From NCBI GenBank assembly GCA_050084985.1, contig JBITNC010000001.1, positions 101,804,001 through 101,868,000 on the forward strand: a stretch of DNA of 64,000 bases. The letters are read 5' to 3'. Source of the DNA: Nageia nagi (lineage: Eukaryota; Plantae; Pinophyta). The position numbers were made by a program, and so were the translations under genes. Shown here piece by piece: positions 11,382 to 22,029 of the stretch (its first letter is position 1; every line of letters begins with the position of its first letter). The notes under the pieces were generated by a model that was not told the DNA's origin, made no database searches, and was given only the letters and a program-made list of their open reading frames with translations.

Positions 11382-13741
11382 TGTGGGTGGATCATTAACA
11401 ATGGAGTGAAGTTCTTGCTCTAAGTAACATAAAAGGGGTCAAATTCCAAACAACACAAGTCTTATATGCAAATCATAAACTATTGCACATCAAATCTCAC
11501 TCAATGATCACTTTAGATAGTATTTAACAAATTCTTTCATCCACTTCAACACAAGGTTTATGAAATGTACTAAGTAAGCTTGATCAATACAATATAGGAA
11601 TATAATTCAATCAAGGATTCAATAATGCATTCAACAAATGTTCATGATTCCATTAATGAGAGCATTCACCATTCAATTGCTTGAGATAATACCACATTCA
11701 CAAATGGAGCAACTTGTTTATTTGGAAGTAAAATTTAAGTCTCTCATAAGTTTAAAATGTTTAATCCCCTATAAAATAAGCCCAAATGGGATATAAATAG
11801 TTTTTGTAGCAACCCCATGCATTACCCTAACCCTAATGCAAATTATGAGAAAAATAAAAGTGGTCCAATGAAAATTCACCACATGGCATTATAAGATTTA
11901 TTCTAGCACTTATGGGAGCAAATCCTCATCCGTCACAAGGCTTAACCAAATTTAAAAAGTATTTGAAATCCACATTTAAAATAAATTGCAATAATATAAT
12001 TAAATTAAATTATTGCAACTGCAACAAGAAGTTGGTATGCTCCTCTAATACTCAAGGATTCGTCCATCTTCCTTACTTCTGCAACACTTGATATTGAAAC
12101 ACTCCTACTAGCAATTGGCGAGGATATTCTAAAAGCCTACATTTATTACTAGAACATATTGGGACCTTGTGATGCAATGCCTAAGCTATGTGAGACCTAG
12201 GCTAACCAACTTCAGGATGTGTGCCCTCTTGAAATTGCATGTTTGGCCACCACAAACTGGACGTGGGGGTTCTGGAGCACTTCCAAGCCTAGCACATGCC
12301 TAGAAAAGATAAGATTTTATCTTTCTAGAGCATGCACTAGCCTTGGGGATAAATGCTTTCTACTTGTTGGTGTTACTCACTCCCCTGCTTGTCCATTTTG
12401 ACCTTGAAGCTTACCCCGATACCTAAACTTGTTTGATTTTTACTCTTTCTAGTGCCCAAGCTTGTCATATTTGATCATTGTGCTTGACTCGAACACCTCC
12501 AAAGCTTGGTCCATGGTTCAAAAAGATAAGATTTTATCTTTTTGAATTGTGCACTCAACCTTCCAGCTCTTCCAATTTGAGCACATGCTCCAGAAAGATA
12601 ATATTTTATCTTTATGAGGCATGAGCTGGCTTGCAAATGCCTAGATTTGGTAAGTTCCAGGTTCCTGCTCTCAATACTTTTCTAGATTTTCATGATTTGA
12701 ACATCCTGAAGCCTCCCTAAGTCTGGCACATGGTTCAAAAAGTCAATATTTTGTCTTTTAAAATCATGCGCCAACCCCTCTAATCCTATTGAAGCTAGTT
12801 TCAAACTTCGAGGCTCCATGCCTTAGCCAAATTTCACCTTTCAAAAGAAATGGATGCCTCTTTTCCATGAGCGCATGCCCTCAAAAGATAAGATTTTATC
12901 CTTTTGAGGCATGCGCTAGCCCCATGGATGCTTGAAGTTCACTTTCTCTTCCTCGAACTCAAATTGTGCAACCGTCCAGTTTGAGCGTATGGTTCAAAAA
13001 GATAAGATTTTATCTTTTGAAATCATGCACCAACCTTAGAGTGTCTTTAACTTATATTTTTCGTACTATGTATCAATCTAAGATGCTCCTTGACCCAAGT
13101 GCATGCTTAAAAAAGATAAGATTGTGTCTTTTGGAGGCATGCATTGGGCCTCAAAGTGGCCAAGTTTGGTTTTCTTATACTTGATTCTAATTTGGATGAC
13201 CCTTTGACTCGAGCGCATGTCTAGAAAGATAAGATTTTTTCTTTTAGAGGCATGCATTGGGATTCAATGTAGCCCAGTTTGACTAGATTTAGCTTCCACT
13301 CAACTTGGATCCCATGACTTACCTAAGGCCAACTTTTGGTCTTTCAAACTTAGCCACATTTGGAATTTCATATTTGGTTCAATATGAATAAGACTATACG
13401 AATGATAAGACTTAGGCTTGGGACAACCTAACATGGTAAACAGGTCATAGAAAACTTCTCGAGTCGGATGATACAAATACATGACACTACATGGACACGA
13501 GTTGTTAAGGGTCCCCAAAATCATTGGATTTTGGGACATGTTATGTTAGTCATAACACTCGTAACTTGGATAACTCGAGCAAGTTTAAGACAACTGAGTT
13601 ACAAACATTAAGCAATTGCTTACTTTTCAAGAATTAGTGGAGCAAATATTTAATCTAAGTATGGGAAAGATTGCAACAAAAATAACATTAGTGTTAACAC
13701 AATCTATTAAACACTAAGCAAACACATCGAGGACCACCTCA
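11382..13741. mobile_element. Probable solo LTR (~2.36 kb) nested in the 7357-13807 element
   Basis: Imperfect inverted termini TGTGGGTGGATC...GGACCACCTCA with TAAA-containing flanks. Non-coding; contains the palindrome array. Confidence 0.5.
12290..13258. repeat. Array of eight ~48-bp palindromes
   Basis: Consensus AGCGCATGCCTCAAAAGATAA-GATT-TTATCTTTTGAGGCATGCGCT, starting at 12290, 12507, 12579, 12724, 12869, 12983, 13097 and 13211. Confidence 0.9.
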
Positions 13742-13807
13742 TTAAAAGGAGGATCATAGATCCTTTACTATCCCCTTTTTCTCCTTAATAAGAAAAAAGG
13801 GTTAACA

Positions 13808-14023
13808 TGGGCTATAGAAGGAGATTTTGATGTGTATGCTCAGCTTATTAGAGAGCCACATGTATGGGGTGGTGAACTTGAATTGTTAATGGCCTCACAT
13901 ATAATCAAAATGCCCATAGTAGTTCACTTGTATGATGAAGAGTATGATAAGTTTCCGTCCATAGTAGAATATGGGCAAGAGTATAAATAAGAGAATGTCG
14001 TTAGAGTTTTGTATGATGACCAT
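13808..14023 (+). pseudogene. OTU deubiquitinase domain, C-terminal half (plant OTU4-like)
   Basis: WAIEGDFDVYAQLIREPHVWGGELELLMASHIIKMPIVVHLYDEEYDKFPSIVEYGQEYK*ENVVRVLYDDH contains the OTU WGG..E motif and the EYGQEY/RVLY motifs. One stop at 13988; the catalytic GHYD segment is missing. Confidence 0.88.
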
Positions 14024-14585
14024 AGGAAAAAGATGAAGAACAAAAATATTCAAATACATCATCCCTTCTTGAGCAAAAACTTGAAGACAATGAACCATCA
14101 AGTGAAAGAAGTAAAGCAAAAAATGTTGAGTGCAAATCATATCTAATTATTGCAACTTCAAGCACAAATAATGAAGGCTTCAAAAGAGGATATATAGCTG
14201 AAATAGGTGAGAAAAATTCCAATTTATATGACAACCCAACCATTCATGAAAATTATGAAAAATAATGATGGGACAAGATGGAAGAGCTGGGTTTTCAAAT
14301 CTAACTCATTGAAGAAAGCACATATGATAATTTCAATATGAAAGGTTTGAAGAATGATGATGAAAATGAAAATAAAACTTTATACTTAAGATTGCATTGT
14401 TAAAGCAGACGCACGTCTTTAGAGGCAAGATATCGAGCATCTTCTAGAACTTAATTTTGATCCAAAGGGAGTCATGTGACCATTCATTTCATATGTACTC
14501 GACAAGATCTATCCTATGATGAAGTTATTTCATCATTTAGAGATCACATTTGGTCTAAATTACTAAAATTAAGTTTGAGCAACCT

Positions 14586-14720
14586 GTATCTTCAATAACA
14601 AGTCGTGCATCTTCAATAACAAGTCGTGCATCTTCAATAACAAGTCATGCATCTTCAATAACAAGTCAAGCGTCTTCAGTCACAAGTCAAGCGTCTTCAG
14701 TCACAAATCAAGCATGTTCA
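14586..14720 (+). repeat. 21-bp minisatellite, ~6 copies
   Basis: (GCATCTTCAATAACAAGTCGT)n drifting to GCGTCTTCAGTCACAAGTCAA. Confidence 0.9.
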
Positions 14721-14929
14721 TCTTCTCCTCTTACAAATATATTTATTAAAAATATCGCCATTTTTTAACATCACAGTTCCTAAAAAATTAAAATATCGTC
14801 ATTATGTCTACATCGGTTCGAGATTGAATAGCTACGATTTCGAAATCAATTCGCCACTATTTTATTTATTTTGGTTCACCAAAATTCCTTACGCATAACC
14901 CTACGATCGATGATCAATTAACCTACTTG

Positions 14930-15125
14930 AAATAGAGAATAGCGACACCTCCGACCAATATGACATGTACATGTGGCAAAATAGATGCGACTAAGCTAAA
15001 ACGAAATTACCATCATCCACACTAGCATGTTGACGTGTCGATTAATTTTTTATATTATTTTCATACATCTAACATCCATGTGGATATGAAAAATTAAGGG
15101 GTACAACTATGGGGCCCTCTCCCCT
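14930..15125 (-). repeat. Right long TIR-like arm, possibly a Mutator-like element end
   Basis: Inverted copy of 2290-2470; on the minus strand it begins GGGGAGAGGGCCCC. Confidence 0.6.
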
Positions 15126-17224
15126 AGTGTGTTTGACATCGCATGAATGAAAATGAATATTAACATTGTTTAAGGAAAGATATATTTATCCAGTACGTTG
15201 CAGCTGACTCTTTGACTTTAGTTGATAAACCCTTTCTTATATATCAAAAATTGTGAGGTCATTTTGTTTTCCGGTAATAATTGCCGGAATAGTTATGTTG
15301 GTAAACCTGGAGTTTATCAATATTATGGAATGTTCAACAAAAAAAAAGCAAAAAAAAATCTAAAGTGTCCGAATACACAAGATTTGAACTTGTACCATTT
15401 ATTTAAAAATTCAGATTTAATTTTGTATACATAAGATCAATATCTAAATGTTGATATACCCGTCGAGTTTATACATGCCGGACAAAAAAGGGAACCACGA
15501 GATATTTGCTGAAAAAAGACTGATATGTGATACGAGTTTATCAACTGCAGTGAACAAGTCAATCACAACGTACGTTTCCATTATTTAGCCAGAATTTACC
15601 AGGCGAAAATTGCAAGAAGGAAGTTGCGTTAATTAGTAGGTGCCAAATGCATAACTAGGAAATCAAATAGGTAGTAGGTGTATCCATTTGTTAATATTTT
15701 GAATGGTTCCGTCTAAACATGATTGTGAGAGCTCAGAAAGAGGGGGTGTGCAAAAGAGGTTGTGCCCAATAATGAAAGGGCAGTCAGAATGTCATGTATT
15801 ATCCTAGTTAAACTTGCACACTATTTGATGATAAACCATCTGAAGAGGTATCCAAATAGGAAGCGTTTCATTTGTGTGGAAGCTAGGCTCTTTAGCCGTC
15901 CTACATCTCTATAAATATGTTTTCTCTTTCTTTTGAATAAGCAAGTCAAAATGCAAAATCGAAAGCAATGGAGTTACTTGGCTATCTCGCCAATTAGACA
16001 AGTCGAATGCAGAGTAAGAAATAAATGAAAATGTGTATTAGACCATATAATCCTCTTAGTTGTAAGGGTAAATTAATTGCAAGTACTGCGTAGAGGAAAT
16101 TTCATCTAGAATAAATTAAAACAACGTAATGAGCTACTTTCTCTCTTAATAACTAAAATATAGATTTTTAAATGCACATGGAGTACCCAAACTCCTGAAT
16201 CTTAATAGAAAGAAGCAATCTAGAATACTATATTATTTATAACTCTGCTCTACACATACACCTAATATGAGGTGCGGTGTTATGAAGAGAAACTACTAAT
16301 GCAATGGAATGTAAGTCTAGATGAAAAAGATTTTTCTTCATAACCGTAGTAATAGTAGCTCTTAACCATATTCAATTGATGAAGGCATTTCCTTAGGAAA
16401 TTAAGTACTATTTTGTCTTTATATAAGTTTGCATGAAAGTCCGGGGGTGAAACGGCTGGAGAGCTGTTATTTGTTAGGGAGCAGAGAACTTTATTATAGT
16501 CTTAAATCAAGTCATTCCAACATCTTCCGTAAATATCAACACCCACCTGGCGTGTGGGATGGATTTGGCCAGAAGTTTTCAACTAATAATAATGTTGTGA
16601 AGGGATATGATTCTGTTACTGTGAGTAGATCAGGTTAATGTACACAGTCTATGCTGCAACTCAAAGTAATTCTCATCACATGGATGCTAACAAGTCTTCA
16701 AGTATGATTGGTATCTGATTTCACACAAAAGAATAAGTGACCATCTTCTGCTGATATGTCATTTTGTATTACGATGGAGTCATGATAACAATTGCCTATT
16801 GATAGAGAGATGGTCTTTGTGGAGGCTGCTAGAGATATAGTGGCAACTGTTCCAGCATTCAACCAGGATTCAGCTGTCTTTTGAAGAATTATCTTTCTAA
16901 ATGGTAAAATGAAACTGCATGACTGTGACTCCTAAGTAATCAGTGCATTGAGTGATCTGCTAGGTATTTCATCAGTCAAAGTTAGAAGGTTTTTGTGTTG
17001 TGTGCATCTGTATGTAAAATAGTCATACAACATTAGTATGACGTGTAAAACAATTGTACGATGTCACAACTCAAAAAAACTCATTCGCCATCCATCTAAC
17101 AAACAACTCACAAGCATAAACTCTGAACCTCATAAGATATCTATTTCTAAAAGCAATTATCCAATGGTGATATTCCAACCTCAACATACAAAATACGTGC
17201 TCATGAGATATAATGATTACTGTC

Positions 17225-18150
17225 TATGCATAGAATGGTTTTGTCATTAAGCATTGAGATTTTTAAAGTAAATATCTCAAAGAGATACAATCTTTTGGAA
17301 GGCAACGATCACAGGATATGCATAGGATTCTTATGGTTTAAAGATCCTTAGTGGTAGTTTCAGAAAATGCAATTAGATAGATAGATAGATGTTAATGTTC
17401 TTTTAAAGATGTTAATTTGTAAGATCTATCAAAATTTGTTCAGAAGTAAATATATATTAAATAAATAAAAAACATTAACCAAATACAATGCACAGAAAGA
17501 ATACTTTTAAGGACAATTGTTGAATTGACTGATATGATTTCTTTAGATGCATGTGATTGTGATAGTAACTCTCATTAACATGTATGAAAAATGTAGCAGC
17601 ATCATGAAATTCCAATTAGAATTGAGTTCTAAGGAAAATGCTCACGTCTTTGTACAAGTAAGCACTAAAATGGAGTATCAAATGGAATCGACTCTCATGA
17701 AAAAATGGAATTGAACTATCTATTTACAAAAGCAATTCACCAATGGTGAAAGCTCTCTCGTATGGTTGGAATATGCTCAAACCTTGCTTACTGTTTGATA
17801 AAATAACAGACAGGTTCATCTTCTCATGTAAAACAATAATTACAGACTATGCACAGAATGGGCTTATGTGAAACTTTTAAAGTAAATAACTATAAAGAGA
17901 TACAATCTCATGGAATGCAATGATCAAAGGATATTCACGGAACAGGCATTGTTTAGAGGCCCTCTTAAGTGTTTTAAAAAATGCAATTGAATGGTCTCAC
18001 CCGAGACTCAATAACCACCACAAGTATTCTGGCTGATTGTACAACTGTTGAAGCTTTAAATAGAGCATGAACATTGGACAAAGAATTAGATACAGGTTTC
18101 TTTTAAATGTAATTGTGATAAAAACTGTGATGGTCAGGTAGGAAAAATAT
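17225..18150 (+). pseudogene. PLS-class PPR pseudogene fragment
   Basis: RDTIFWKATITGYA (~17282); RDTISWNAMIKGYSRNRHCLEAL..MQLNGLTRDSITTTSILADC (~17897-18040). Confidence 0.8.
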
Positions 18151-18356
18151 ACGAACCTTAAAATAAAGTGTCAAAAGGATTTGAGTTTTAAGAAAAAAAT
18201 TTAACATGTGTATCTGTAAAAGGGTAAAGGCCCTTTTCAAAATCCTTCTTGTTTAATTCAACTAAAGAAAAAGGCAGAGCAGTGAGAACTGAGAATGGGT
18301 AAAATTCCAGACTGAAGTGGAAACTAGCGACATTGGAAGCATCTTCTCCAACTTGC

Positions 18357-18428
18357 TATCAGAGACAGGTTTCGATCCTGTGACCTGTGGGTTATGGGCC
18401 CACCACGCTTCCGCTGCGCCACTCTGAT
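18357..18428 (-). tRNA. tRNA-iMet-CAT: Initiator tRNA-Met (CAT), A49-U65 T-stem variant
   Basis: ATCAGAGTGGCGCAGCGGAAGCGTGGTGGGCCCATAACCCACAGGTCACAGGATCGAAACCTGTCTCTGATA. Has A1-U72, the AUCG T-loop and G-C anticodon-stem pairs; intronless. Confidence 0.97.
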
Positions 18429-18503
18429 GTTGAATATTATCTACCGATCTAAGCAAAATTGTGCAAGTACACAAAATGAAGCGGAGCACAGTGCAAAAGA
18501 AAA

Positions 18504-18528
18504 TGCGCCGAGCGTGGATCGAACACGC

Positions 18529-18571
<43 letters not shown>

Positions 18572-18576
18572 CCCGC
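18504..18576 (-). tRNA. tRNA-Phe-GAA: tRNA-Phe (GAA) with altered acceptor stem, possibly impaired
   Basis: GCGGGGATAGCTCAGTTGGGAGAGCGTCAGACTGAAGATCTGAAGGTCGCGTGTTCGATCCACGCTCGGCGCA. The 3' strand is TCGGCGC vs TCACCGC in the other two copies; TTTTCTTTT terminator follows. Confidence 0.9.
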
Positions 18577-20535
18577 ATGTATTTTATTTGCCAAATTAGT
18601 CGTTTGTCACCTGTGCCATGTGCTGCTGGGTTCCAACCCAAGTGTACATGTGCAAGTTCTTGGATCGTCTAATACCCCGACAAATAGACATTAAAATACA
18701 TGTTTAGATTTATGCCATTCTTTCTTGTTTTGATTTATGTTAAGATATTTATACCAAAAAAATCATTAGACACCAAATTTCAATTGAAATTAGCTATTGA
18801 AAAATAAATTTAGGAGTGCACAATTGACATAAAGGACAATAGTGCTATTTAGGGATTTGAAGTAGAGGGACAATAATATTATTTAGAAATCATTTTTATT
18901 TTTTACAATAAAAATTAGTCATATAAACATATTAAAATAATTTAAATTAAATATTTAAAGGGAAGTTGAAAGATAATTGTGATCCATGTATTAGGTAAGA
19001 AAGGTGATCTTAAGATTATTTCTATGATTCAAATTAAAGGTAAAAAGGAGAAAATAACTAAGGTAAAGAAACAACACACCAAAGGAATAAAGACGAGGGT
19101 TCAAGGTGAACATATGAATAGAGGCAACAATATAACTAACCTAATTAACAAAAACATTGATTATGAGATGGAGGTGGATATACTAACTACCAACTTGAAT
19201 AGTTTTATACGACCAAAGATGTATCAGATGAAGATGCAAGTGAAGCAAATGGAGCAACACAAGGGAAGAGTGAATAAAGAATTAGGAACATAATGATGGA
19301 AGAGGTTGGGGAACCACTTATAGCCACCTTATCTCTAGCATAAGGTAGAGGTAGAAGGCCTAAAGGAGCTCTTATCTAACCACCAATAGAAATTCCTTTA
19401 TACAAAAGAATGCTTGTTGAAGTAATTATCTAAAAAGTCAATCAAATCATGTGTTCGACATCATTGTAGAGAACCCAAAGTTGACAAATTTGATGAAAAA
19501 GTTGGTGTATAACAAGCTCTTCAAGCACCACTATAAACATATGGTATTCAAATTTTTTAGGGATCCTAGGATGATTATTCTACATATGGGGGAAAACTTG
19601 GGGCAAACTAGTAGGATTGATTCCTAAAAGCAAGGGTACATGTAGTTGAAAAAAGAATGAAGCTAAGTTATTTGGGGCCCTGATGGACTTATTTTGTAAC
19701 AAAGCTATAAACGTCAAAGTAGCTTTTTGAGATTTAGGTCTCCTATTACTACATAGTTTTTATTTACTCTTGAAACAGAAAAATATAGTCATAGTAGAAA
19801 GTCTACTTTAGTCTATTAGAGATTGCTTAAAATACCTACATAACATAATGAAGCACTTCAAAATTTGTAATTTTTTTGTGAAGTTGTAATAGAAACATGA
19901 AAGTTTATAACTTGTAAGGTTTTTTTTTAAGATCATATAAAACTTCAAAATTGTTGCTAGAGATTGCTTAAATCACATACAGAGTAGAATGAAGCACTTC
20001 AAAACATGTAGGTTTTAAGGTTGTAATAGAAACACACAAATTGATAACTTGTAAGGTTTTTAATAAAACTCCAAACTTTTTATTATTAAAAATTTATCCT
20101 ATTTATAAAAAAAATCCCAAGCAACACATCAAGGTTTTAAACCTAATATAAAGAATCCCTTTCACATGCTTCAAAAAATGGGTGTTACAATAGAAGACCA
20201 TGAGTGATTAGCCTTGAATCTCTTACAAACTTGAGTTAAAACTTAGTTTCAATTTTTTTTCTCATTTTTCTTCAATTCATAATTATACACGTTATTAACT
20301 ATCCAACCATCCAAAGTGCATGTCTTAAATGAAACTACTGTTGACTCCTTACTTTTAAGTAAATCTTACTCAAACCATAATTTCTAATAAAATCGTAAAT
20401 ATATTTAACCATATAATCTAAAGAAGAGATTTTAAATCAATCTTACCAAACTCATCAAAATTCAAAACATCTATTACAATCTCTTCAAACCCTCTCTTTA
20501 GGAGAGTTCAAATCAATCTCTTCAAATTCTTCCAT

Positions 20536-22025
20536 TGACAGTTATTGGCGTACACTATGAGATAACTGTGAACCAGCAAACGATTCATTTTGCAGCCACA
20601 TCCGTTCAAATCGAAAAAGGGAACTCACCTCTTACCTTGTATGTCTACGGTGGTGGCAATGGGTAGGCGATCAGATTCTCCTGTTAGCATTATTTCTGAT
20701 TAGATAAGAAAGCCTTGGTCAGACCAGTGAGGGGTGAAAAGAAATCGATCCAATCTCTTCAACACTTTGTGGTCCTGTGAACGCTTGTTCGACCATATAT
20801 CCCCCTTTTCGCAAAAGGGTTCAAATGAATTGCCATTTATGAAATTGCTGAATTCTCTTTCATATCTCTTCAATTTTTGAGATGGTCCCTGTTTTTCAGT
20901 AAGGTTACAGATTGCATTGAAATCACCTCCAACTAATCTTGGCAAGTCCCCATATAAAGCTAACCAGGCAGAAATCTGTCTCCAGCATTCAATTCTTTTA
21001 TTTGAGTCCTGAGGAACATAAACATTTATCATGCCAAAACGAAAACCTGTATCTACTTATCAAGCATGGACAACCATCCAAGATTCATAGTCATTAAGGT
21101 ACATTAAAGTTTTGACTTATCCCACAAAATGGAATGCCCACCAGATTGACCAATTGCATCGCTGTCTAGAGAGGAACTCTTGGGTCAAAATTTGTGCCTG
21201 AATCGATTGATTTCAGAGGCAGTAGACTTGGTTTATTGAATGAAGAGCACATAAGGTTTTTCCAGTTGAAAAAAGGATTTTACCATTCCAATTTTGTCAA
21301 GGGGAATGGAGGCCCCGAGTGTTCCATGAGTGTATGCTCATTGATCACTTAAAGTTTTTTGGGGCCTAACAGCTCACCAGCTGATACTGTGTTCCTGCTT
21401 CAATAGCGTCTCTTATTGTTTGATGCAGCTTATCTTTCTTTGGGAAACGGCCTCTCTTCTAATGAATGCCCACGTTTGAAGCTTTTTGCTGGTTCAGAGT
21501 TTGTTTGATGGCCAGGCCCTTGGAGATTTTCTTTTGTTTGGAATTTGAAATATTGGGTATAATGATTGGCTCCAGTCGGTTGATGGCTTGGGCTTTGGGG
21601 GGACTACCTAACATATTGGTATCCATTTCTTGTAATGGCGTATCTTGCTCAGAGATTTCCTTGTCTGAACCAATCTCCATTTAGAATGGAGGGTTGTTAA
21701 CTACTGGAGTAGGGGTGGTGTTTGTCTTAGATCCAGGTATGGATCTGAAGTATCCATGGCTAGGGAGGTTGTTTGTGATGGGCCCTGGGCATCTACTAGG
21801 TCTGCTTCAGTTTGAAGACAATGAAAGCAGTTATGGTTCGGAGTGGTAGTGTTAAGACTAGTCAATTTGTGTGAGTTTTGATTGCCAGGACCTAGGTGTG
21901 TTGTGGGTTTACTTGTGTGGTTCTTTCGTTTCGATTGTTGGAAACCATCAGCTGGAACTTCAGGCATTGAGGTAGTTGACAGAAGAGAGGCCCAAGACCA
22001 ATTTCTGAGATACATCCCAAACACT
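20536..22025 (-). mobile_element. L1-type LINE, inverted 5' segment (ORF1 C-terminus + ORF2 endonuclease)
   Basis: ORF2 start MSIHSWNTRGL at 21341; INVYVP, LVGGDFN, KRLDRFL and FRFERMWL motifs; ORF1-like frames 21459-22024. Confidence 0.9.
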
Positions 22026-22029
22026 AGTT

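Larger units (their letters stand above)
7357..13807. mobile_element. Nested insertion splitting the OTU domain: TGT..ACA-bounded ~4.1-kb element plus an inner ~2.4-kb LTR-like insertion
   Basis: Starts TGTTACCACCC and ends GGGTTAACA; flanks AGGGCT/TGGGCT. The OTU sequence is continuous across it. Confidence 0.8.
17010..20535. repeat. Segmental duplicate unit 1 (PPR remnant + tRNA pair + AT-rich flank)
   Basis: 17010-18720 aligns with 27515-29140; 18740-18930 and 20120-20535 align with 25668-26295. Contains an extra ~1.2-kb insertion at ~18930-20110. Confidence 0.85.

Noticed and set aside
12290-13258. CRISPR array
   Set aside because: Eukaryotic TE context, no cas genes, degenerate repeats and spacers ranging from ~25 to 170 bp.
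7357-13807. Intron of a functional host OTU gene
   Set aside because: Ends are TGT..ACA with a target duplication rather than GT..AG, and both OTU halves carry inactivating changes.
18262-18356. Dicistronic tRNA-snoRNA (snoR43-like)
   Set aside because: No C box (RTGATGA) with a terminal D box (CTGA), and no clear H/ACA structure, in the trailer.
18262-18672. ORFs 18262-18594 and 18394-18672 (also 23661-23936, 24139-24351, 28626-29100) as proteins
   Set aside because: They are translations through GC-rich tRNA genes.
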